Assembly: GCA_951406725.2 (NCBI GenBank)
Contig: OX597821.1
Coordinates: 45,508,001 to 45,572,000, forward strand
Direction: 5' to 3'
DNA length: 64,000 nt
From: Octopus vulgaris
Lineage: Eukaryota
The position numbers and the translations under genes are program-made. This document shows, one piece after another, positions 53,790-64,000 of the stretch; position 1 is the stretch's first letter; every line of letters starts with the position of its first letter. Under the pieces are notes generated by a model. It was not told where the DNA came from. It saw nothing but the letters and a program-made list of their open reading frames with translations, and did no database searches.

Positions 53790-56405
53790 ACACTTCCCGG
53801 AGAAGGCAGCATCAGAGAAGCTGGCTCCAAATACACCATTTTTTGGTAAGGAAAAAATCCTGACGAACCACGCATCCATGGAGTTGACCTTGCCATCAAA
53901 ACAAAACTCGTGGACCAATACAGACTTTTCCTAACTGCTGTCAGCGAGCTCCTGATGACTGTTCGGACCCCGCTCTTTCGGGACAGATACCTTACGCTGA
54001 TCTCTGAGTACGCCCCTACTTGAAGTCGACATCAAGGTTTCGTTCTACAACCTGCTGAACCGCACAATCCCTACGCATGACAAACTCGTCGTGTTGGGGG
54101 ACTTTAACGGCTGAGTCGGCAGTGACCATCGTGGAGCGGCATTCATTGGTCATCACGGCACTGAGAAATGTAATACCAATGGCCAACTCCTCCTGGGCCT
54201 TTGCGCTGGGCATGAACTCGTCATCGCCAACTCCTTATTTCGTCTCTCTACCCGACAAAAGACGACCCGGAAACACCCACGGTCTAAACGCTGGCACATC
54301 CTCGACTTCATTTTGACAAGATCCAAGGACAGACGAGATGTACGCATCACCCGCTCCATCCCTGGTGCAGATGGCTGCTGGACAGATCACCGCCTTGTTA
54401 TTTCCCGCCTTGACATCAAGATCCGCCGCCCACCGAAGCGGGTCTCAGCAAACATCCCTTGCCGGCGCTTCGACTGCGCCAAACCCCGGAACTCACAGGC
54501 ATTCCAAGACTATAGGGAATGAGGATCGCTGGACCAGCCTTCGTGAAGCGATGACTGCTTCCATCGAAGCGATGATCGGCTTTGCCCGGAAGAAGAACCA
54601 AAACTGGTTTGACGAAAATGATGAAACCATTTCCTCATGAGTTCAACAAAGCATTCGAGCGCACGAAGCTGGGCAAAACTCCGGGACCAGACAACATCTC
54701 GTTTGATTTGTTCACGCAAGGAAGTCCTGATCTGAGAAATCCTTTGACGCTCCTTATCCTCAAGATTTGGGAGAGTAAAACCCTCCCAAACGACTTCCGC
54801 GATGCAACTATCATCACCATCTACAAGAAGGGAGATCGAGAGGATTGCAACAACTATATGAGCATCTCATTCCTGAGTATTGTAAGCAAGATCTTCGCTC
54901 GTATCCTACTCAATCGCATCCTCATCCTTGCGAAAAACGTCCTCCCTGACTCCCAGTGTGGATTTCGACCCTCTCAAGGCACAATCAACGTGATCTTTTG
55001 TGACCACCAACTTCAGGAGAAGTGTCAAGAACAACAACAGCCTGCAATGTTCATCTTGGATCTAAAGAAAGCCTTTGACGAGGTCGCCCGTCCTGCAATG
55101 TGGGCCGTCCTTGCTCGGTGTGGATGTCCGGAGGACATAATTGCCCTGGTCCGCTTCCTTCACGACAGCATGGTGTGTAGGTATGCCATCAAAATGCCTT
55201 CACAGACCCGTTTCCCATCACTTGGGGTCTTAAGCAAGGATGCGTCCTGGCACCAACTTGTTTCTCTTTGTACATGGCCGCCATGTTCAACGAAATCCCA
55301 CTGGACTCACCTTCCACCAAAATGCACTATCGCTTGGATGACGGACTCTTCAATCTTGCACGTCTCCACGCAAAGACTAGGACCTCCACCATCTCAGTCC
55401 GTGAGATGCAATATGCCGACGACAATGCCACCCCGAGCCAGACCGTAGATGGCCTACAAAGGACGGTTGATCTTTACAACGTGACTTATGAACGCTTCGG
55501 GATGCTGGTAAACATATTAAAGACCTTGACCCTGATCCAACCTGCACCAGGCCAGAACAGTTCACCCACAAACATTAGCATCAACGACCAACCTCAAGAA
55601 AAAGTTGAACACTTCTCATACCTTGGGAGTATTCTTTCGAAAAACCCCACATGGGAAAAGGACTCGGAGAACCTGATCAGGGCGGCCCACTCTGCCTTCG
55701 GTAGACTCAGCCAACGTGTATTCTTCAATCACGCGCTGACCATCCGGACAAAGATCATGGTCTTCCATGCCATTGTCCTTCCTGTCAACTCTTCTCTACG
55801 CTTGTGAGACTTGGACACTGTACCACCGTGACTTCAAGCGCCTTGAATGCTTCCAGCTATCCAAGCTACGAGAGATCTTCAATATTCAAGGGGAAGATCA
55901 CATTACCAACAATGAGGTTCTTCGCCACACCTCATTACCAAGCGTCGAAGCCACCATTCTTCGCCATCGTCTCCGCCGGGCAGGTTACGTCCAGCGTGTG
56001 GAGCCCTCCCGTCTCCCGAGGATCGTGCTCTACAGAGAACTTACAATCGGAACAAGACCCAGTGGAGGCCCGATATTCTGTTTTAAAGACCAGCTTAAAC
56101 GGACCTTGGCTCAGACTAACATCCAGCCATCCTCATGGAAACAGATAGTCATGGATAGGACTGCCATCCGCAATGGAGCCAGCCCCTTCGAGCAGTACAG
56201 ACAACAGAATGAGGAGGTAAAACGCAGGAGAAGAAAGGAACGTCTTCAACATCCTTGACCCGCATCGACAATCCTGTGCGAATTCTACCCACGACTCTTT
56301 CACCACCGACTAGGACTCCAAAGTCACATTAGGCAAAAACATCGGCCGAGGAGACTGGATAGAAACTGACGAGCCCAATGCTTGGATACGAGCTGGAGCC
56401 GACGA
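53790..56405 (+). mobile_element. Degenerate RTE-clade LINE (APE endonuclease + RT)
   Basis: [75 protein letters not shown], terminal C..H..H remnant. Frameshifts and an internal deletion near 54636. Confidence 0.95.
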
Positions 56406-56532
56406 TATATATATTACATATATGAAGATGGCATTGCATTTGAATTAATGTAATGATTGCAGTGTTCAATAAAATCGAGTCGCTTGAAACGGTCATACTG
56501 CATCACTACTTGATATCCTGTTACCTATTTTG

Positions 56533-56577
<45 letters not shown>

Positions 56578-56708
56578 CTATTAAGTTAGACATGGCCTGG
56601 GCCAATAATGGCCGAAACCTATCAAAGTATCAAAGTATCAAAGTATATATATGGCGGTGCCCCAGCATGGCCACAGCTCAATGAGCTGAAACTAAAATCA
56701 ATCAATCA

Positions 56709-56747
<39 letters not shown>

Positions 56748-57907
56748 CTACTGCTCTGTTATAACTTAGAGTGTGCTTCTTTTTCGGATTTGTGATTTAC
56801 CGACGACACACACATACACACACACACACGCACGCACCATACACACACACACGCACGCACGCACGCACACACACAAACACACATACACAGACAGACACAG
56901 ACACATCACGTGTGCCACACGCGCGCTCACATTATTTTCCAATTATGCGCCCCCGTCTCTGACACGTGATTGTCATTATCATCATTATCATCATTATCAT
57001 CATTATTGTCATCATCTTAATGCTCATCGTGGTAGTCATCATATTGGTTGGTTGATAATAGATGTGATGTAGTATACGATACCATATAAAGTTAACAATA
57101 GTCTTAGAAGCATCAATACCACCACCACCACCACCACCACCACCAACAGCAATATAACAAGCCATTATTTGTAGGAAAAGAAAACAAAGAAAACTCACGA
57201 AGATGACAAAACAGTAAATTTTACTCAACGTGATTGGTCAAGTTTTAGGTGGTCACGCGATGTGCTAGAAAAAGCTGCTAAATTCTCCTAAAATTAGACC
57301 CTACTATCATATGTTAGAAAATGACTGATTTTGAATAATATTTCTGAATATATTATATGAAAACAGTTTTGGATGGCCATGCTTGAAATCATTTATTCAG
57401 TAAACTGACTCAACAGTGCTGAGCAGGGTCTTAACAATCATAGCAACAGCAAAACAATAAACAACGAGATCAAGAACAACAATAAAGCAACAGCAATAAG
57501 AATCATAATTTCATGATTGTCATTCCCTCTTTATCCTCCTCTTAAACCATTCCACTGTTAAGTTACTGCCATGTTTAACTACCAATTTTCAAATATTTCT
57601 TTAGTTCATTAACCCATCTCTGTGTCCTACTCCTTCATAGATATTTTATCCTTTTCTACTGTAGGCACAAGGCCTGAAATTTTTGGGAAGGGGCCAGGCG
57701 AAAGGATGAAAGGCAAAGTCGACCTCGGTGGAATTTGAACTCAGAACGTAAAGTCAGACGAAATACCGCTAAGCATATATATATATATAGAGAGAGAATA
57801 CATTGCATCGTTTCTTTTTCTTGTTCCTTTCATTTTATCTATGTAAATGTTTTTTCTTTATAATGTTGATGATGATGATAATGGTGATGGTAATAATAAT
57901 AATAATA

Positions 57908-57964
<57 letters not shown>

Positions 57965-59239
57965 GTACAATTAAAATAATGATAATAACGATGAAAATAA
58001 TAAAAATAAGGAAAATAAGGATGAAAATAATGGTAATAAAAATGAAAATAAGATGAAAATGACAATAGAAATAACAATGACAATAACGATGAAAAATAAC
58101 AATGGAAATAATGAAAAATATTTGATCAATCAAATTATCTGTGGTGTATTAATTTTGATAACTACTGTTCAAGGTACATATTGTCCGCCTTTCTACTGGT
58201 TTCGGTAATCTTCAGTGATGACCAGACTGTTAGGAAGTCTACGGTATCGCCCTACACTGCACGAATTGCAGCAGTAGGGGGCCTTGAGAATTGTTTCAAG
58301 TGATTGTTTTAGCAGCAACACGTTGACCCTTCTGTAACCATGTCTCTTGCAAACCTTCGGGTGAGGTTTCCGGTGTAAAATTAACTTCTGCTTATTACGG
58401 AAGCTATGAATATGTTTGATGGACGCTATCTTTACTCTTCTGATTAAAGCATGTATAGTCTTCGATGAGATTTAAGTTTAAAAACCTAAGGAACCCTAAC
58501 TAAATAACGTAGCACAATTTAGTTCGACATCTACCATTTCTGTCGCAACACCATTATCTAAAGAGCATAAGATAGCTAAGTCTGGCTGCAACCTTTCCTG
58601 TCTTATCATTGCCTAAATAACGTGACGCAGTTTTATCTAGCATATGCTACCTGTGTCACACCATTACCTAAATTTCAAATATGTGACAGCACAAAGTCAT
58701 TCACCTGAAGGAGAAGGAGTGTCGCAGATTGGTTCGATGTCCCGTATGTTACTGTTATTTACGTCATCAATTTCAGGACAAACAAATGATTGCCTGAAAC
58801 AGAATTGATTAAAACATACTCATCTCAATGTAAAAGAAGTAAACTGATTAACAGGTGTGAATCGAAACTAGATCAAAAGCGCTGCCCGTCAGACATTTAC
58901 CACCAACCTGTTATATACGTAACGTATATATATTTCTTTACTACCCACAAGGGGCTAAACACAGAGGGGACAAACAAGGACAGACAAAGGGATTAAGTCG
59001 ATTCCATCGACCCCAGTGCGTAACTGGTACTTAATTTATCGACCCTGAAAGGATGAAAGGCAAAGTCGACCTTGGCGGAATTTGAACTCAGAACGTAACG
59101 GCAGACAACGTAACGTATATAGAAGTGTTCACACGCTTTAACCACAGGAAGATAACTAGTTAACTTTTAATTTAATCTATTTTTTTTACAAATAACATTC
59201 ACACCCCCGTCATTACACGTGCACGCACACACACGCACT

Positions 59240-59284
<45 letters not shown>

Positions 59285-59914
59285 ACACACAATGCTATAT
59301 AACATCCTGATCATGTTTTCTATTATCATTGTTGTACTGCATTGTTAGTAAAGCATTAGTTGTAATCGCTACGGCACGTTTTCACTATATTTTGAGTAAT
59401 TTATAACAACAGTTGGTATTGGTTGTTTTTGTGGCATTTTCACTTCAAAACAGCTGAAGTTTAGCGATTAGAAAACTTGCATCCATGAAGACCGCGACTT
59501 TGTCCTGTGACGTGGAAGTACAGGGCCACATTATCTAACGTGTACGCTTCGAAGACAGTAGAATGTTATATAAAAGGAATATGGTTGCTATTTCTTGCAA
59601 TTCTATCAATCACATATATGTTCCTTCGTTTGCTTGAGCTGTTCTTTGTGTAGTAACCTGTACTTGTGACCCGGATAATATACGGCTGTAGACCTAATTA
59701 ACAGACACTAAAGTCATTGTTGTTTACCTTTTAATGTTTTCGTTTCCTTTGAGTTCAATAATGGACTACACCCAATGTGTAGTGTCCCCTCGATACACTA
59801 CGCCTGATACTCTAGCGTTACTGTCTCCATGATACACCACACGAGCTGTTGCAGCGTTAGTGTTTCCATAACACACAACAGCAAATAGTGGAGTTTTAGT
59901 GTCTCAATGATGTA

Positions 59915-59974
<60 letters not shown>

Positions 59975-60338
59975 CTTTACTTCCACACACGCCAGCTTAA
60001 TTTAATTCGTCCTTAGTTGAATGACACCTGTTGTTAATGTCCTGTTATTTGTATTTGTGTACCATTTCTCCGTTTTTTTCCCGTCCTTGTTTTCGTATAC
60101 ATTCGCTGCTTTCTACCAAGGAATCTAGTGCTCTTAGCTTAGTTTTTCCTTGGGGCTGACCAAATTGGAGCGATCTCGAGTATAATCAGCCGAAATTGTA
60201 AAGATAATCTGGAACTCGACTGAGGAAAGAAAACTCCGAATGACCCGTCCTTGTTTTCTTTGTATCGTCTGTCTGGGTGTTTTTTTGTTCCTTTTTTGTA
60301 TCACTTGTCTGGATGTTTTGGTTCTTGTCCCATTTTTG

Positions 60339-60382
<44 letters not shown>

Positions 60383-60547
60383 AGAATTCACAAAAAAAAC
60401 AAAAAACCAAGACAGGTGGTGTAGACAAAAAACAGATGTATTAGTATAACGCACAGGAAGTGAGAAAGTCTTTAACGTTTCGAGCCTACGCTCTTCCACA
60501 GAAAGGAACACAGAAAGAAACAAAGAGAGAAAAGAATGTGTGGTGGC

Positions 60548-60590
<43 letters not shown>

Positions 60591-60848
60591 TGTATGTATG
60601 TATACACACACACACACATACATATATCTTTTGCATGTTTCGTCAGACTGTCGCCTTGCTGGGACACGGCCTTGAAGAAATTTTAATCGAATTAATTGAC
60701 CACAGTACTAATTTTTTAAAATTTAAGTACTGGTATTTAATTTATTGGTCTCTTTTGCCGAACCGCTAAGTTACGAGGACGTAAGCACACAACCCTCGTT
60801 TGTCGAGTGATAGTGAGGGACAAACACAAAGATACATACACGCACGTG

Positions 60849-60906
<58 letters not shown>

Positions 60907-61310
60907 CATACGACAAGCTTCTTTCAGTTTCCGTCTACTAAATCCAACTCACAAGGTTTTGGTCAGCTTGAGGCTATAGTAGAAGACATTTGCCCAAGGT
61001 GCCAAGCTGTGGAACTGAACCCGAAACCATCTGGTTTGGAAACAAGTTTCTTACCACACCTCCACGCCTGTCAGTGGATCGTATATACGACAAAGGAAGC
61101 ACACTCTAAAAGTTAGAGCAGTAATGTATTTACCAGTAATTTTTCCGGGGTCGATAAGAACTACCCACCAAAAGAATAATATACACTATCTGAGCCTTAA
61201 ATGGGACGAAAGGCTCAGACAGTGTATATTATTCTTTTGTTTACAAGTTAAGTAACCGTAGCGGTTATCTACCTTTAGTTTGCAGAGACGTTATATGCCC
61301 ACGGCCATTA

Positions 61311-61707
61311 GAGTCTGACGAGTCATCTATAAAGCTGAGCACTATATGGATGCGGTGAGGGCGCGTGGCTTAGTGGTTAGGGCATTTGGCTCATGATCGT
61401 AAGGTTGTGAGTTCGATTCCCGGCGACGCGTTGTGTCCTTGAGCAAGACACTTTATTTCACGTTGCTCCAGTCCACTCAGCTGGCAAAAATGAGTTGTAC
61501 TTGTATTTCAAAGGGTCAGCCTTGTCACTCTCTGTGTCACGCTGATTATCCCCGAGAACTACGTTAAGGGTACACGTGTCTGTGGAATGCTCAGCCATTT
61601 GCACGTTAATTTCACGAGCAAGCTGTTCCGTTGATCGTATCAGCTGGGACCCTCGTCGTCGTAACCGGCGGAGTCTTTAAATATGGATGCGAAAACATTG
61701 GTCACTC
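61311..61707 (+). ncRNA. Hammerhead ribozyme interrupted by the SINE
   Basis: Removing the SINE and one TSD gives gagt-CTGACGA-gtCATCTATA..TATATGGATGc-GAAA-acattgg-TC-actc. Confidence 0.75.
61355..61680 (+). mobile_element. tRNA/CORE SINE with 11-bp TSD
   Basis: TSD atatggatgcg at 61344-54 and 61681-91; body shared with the 52164 SINE. Confidence 0.9.
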
Positions 61708-61742
61708 TATGACCGGACATATATTAACTCCAAGTAAATATA

Positions 61743-62291
61743 CAGTTGCGGCCAAAATGTTCAGGTGGTCATGAACTTCCTCAAGTCTGAAAAGGTTATT
61801 ACTATGGATTGGCCTGCTCAAAGCCCAGATCTCAATCCTATTGAAAATGTGTAGAATATTCTAGGAGAACGTTTGAAAGCCAGAAATCCTAAAACAACCG
61901 AGCAATTATGGAATGCCCTTCAGGAAGAATGGAATAAGATCACCTAGCAAGAAATTGAAAATTTAATTTCCTCATGCAGTCGAAGATGTCAAAGTGTGAT
62001 TGAAGCTAAAGGGCTTCACACTAAATATTAAATAATTCCAGTATTCTCTGTCATTTTTGATTATTTTGTTATTTTTTCAACCGTTCTGATCATTTTGGCC
62101 GCCATGGGTTTTGCAGTAAATCACTAAATCATCCATAACTTTTGTATTATCCTCTCAAAATCTCAGACAATAACAATTAATATTGTATATATTGTCTGTG
62201 AAAGTTATAGAACATAAAACAACTTTGATAAAAACTTATACCTACTTTTCTGGCGAAAACAATGCTGTTCTGAACATTTTGGCCGCAACTG
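61743..62291 (+). mobile_element. Internally deleted Tc1 element
   Basis: TA|cagttgcggccaaaatgttcag ... ctgaacattttggccgcaactg|TA. Encodes WPAQSPDLNPIEN ... IEAKGLHTKY*. Confidence 0.93.
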
Positions 62292-62312
62292 TATATATAT
62301 ATATATATATAA

Positions 62313-63323
62313 CGGGAAGCTTTATGAAAATAGACAAAAGACGAAGGCAGGTGGAAAACAAACGAACAATTGTATTAGTATGGCGCTCAGGAAATATAAA
62401 TAAAACAAGTCTTTAACGTTTCGAGCCTACGCTCTTCAACAGAAAGATACACAGAGAGAAAAAAAACACAGAAAGAAGGAGAGAAAAAAAATGCGTGCAG
62501 TAGCTAACGAATCAACATGGCGATCTGATTTCGGCCAGAGGTCAAAGATCAAACATGAGACGCGAGAGCGAAATAAGGGGAGATAATAGGGTTGATAATA
62601 TGGTTGAAGGACCAGCTAATAGTGCGTAGGAGGGGTCTGGACGTGTGTATGTATAGGGTTGGTGTATGTATTAGTATGTATAAGGGTGTGTGTGTGTGTG
62701 TGTGTGTGTATGAGAGAGTATTAGTGCGTAGGATTGGTGTGGACGTGCGTATGTATGGGGTTGGTGTATGTATTAGTATGTATTAGTACGTATTAGTATG
62801 TATAAGTGTGTGTGTGTGTGTATGAGAGAGTATAAGTGCGTATGAGGGGTCTGGACGTGTGTATGTATAGGGTTGGTGTATGTATTAATATGTATTAGTA
62901 TGTATTAGTACGTATTAGTATGCATTAGTTGGTGTATGTATTAGTATGGCACATCATATATGATGTGATGTGTGAAGTCGTGTGGTGTAGTGAGGAGAAG
63001 AGGGGGAGGAGGAGAGGGGGAGGAGAGGGGGAAGAGGAGAGGAGGGGAGAGAGAGGAGGGGGAGAAGGAAGAGGAGGTGTGGGGAGGAAGGAGGAAAGAG
63101 GGAGAGGGGGAGTGAGGGAGCAGAGGGAAGGGGAAGAGGGAAGGAGGGAGGGAGAAAGAGGGAAGAAGGGAAGGGGAGTAGGGGTGAAAGGATGAAGGAC
63201 TGAAGAAGTAGGGGTCGGGAGAAAGGATAGGTGAGGAGGGGGGAGAGGGGTGTTAGATGAGGAGGGGGGAGAGTTGAGACCAAATGGCGTATAAGAGCGA
63301 AGAGAGAAGATTAATTCCTGTTC
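62313..63323 (-). mobile_element. Neptune-type PLE 3' fragment with long low-complexity 3' UTR and variant HHR (62411-62446)
   Basis: Begins EQELIFSLRSYTPFGLN (typical PLE endonuclease C-terminus); (TA)n at both ends. Confidence 0.75.
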
Positions 63324-63412
<89 letters not shown>

Positions 63413-63413
63413 C

Positions 63414-63457
<44 letters not shown>

Positions 63458-63700
63458 AACTTACTTGGAAGAGGATGCGTGGTGTTCCATCACATAACAA
63501 AATAATAGATAAAACATATGCATATATACATACATATAAGTACGTACCTACATCTATATGTATATATACATGCATATATGGGTACAGGACACCAAAAAAA
63601 CGTCGAACACAATGAGAAACGAAAACATAAAAACAGAACCATGGAAACGGACATTTTTTTTAAACAACGAAAAAACAGGGTACAAGACATACAACACAAG

Positions 63701-63735
<35 letters not shown>

Positions 63736-63747
63736 TATATATATATA

Positions 63748-63783
<36 letters not shown>

Positions 63784-64000
63784 ACCTAGTCAGGCCATAT
63801 CCCGTGGCCCCTACCTGGGACGTAGTCGATCCACCTGTGCATACCTTCCTTCTTGTGACACTTGTGAAGACCTGCTGAGGCAAGTGAAAATCAATCAAAA
63901 TAGATGAACATCAATGGAATTTGTATCTTTGTCGTACCAGTGCCTGTGGCACACAAGAAAACCATCCGAACGTGGCCGTAGCCAGTACCGCATCGACTGG

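Overview
AT-rich, microsatellite-dense eukaryotic DNA made almost entirely of repeats. The SINE families present look cephalopod (Octopus-like); this is inference, not a database result. I can support no host protein-coding exon. DNA transposons: a degenerate FLYWCH-MULE with TSD, three mariner and one Tc1 remnant, MITEs and Helitrons. Retroelements: an RTE LINE, Penelope-like (PLE) fragments and many tRNA-derived SINEs. There are three satellite arrays (42-bp, 5-bp, 114-bp units). Most notable: (1) ORF-less, terminally redundant 433-566 bp units carrying type I hammerhead ribozyme (HHR) motifs, inserted in (TA)n (retrozyme-like), plus many variant HHRs. (2) Two head-to-tail gag/ORF1-only elements with a covarying 3' hairpin (possible pseudoknot) and a tail shared with a SINE family. 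(3) A mariner apparently split by a 17.4-kb TIR-bounded block with an 8-bp duplication. (4) A head-to-head U6 snRNA-derived palindrome. (5) A PLE whose GIY-YIG domain is split by a ~0.5-kb Thr-rich insert. All calls were made by eye; no alignment or folding program was run.
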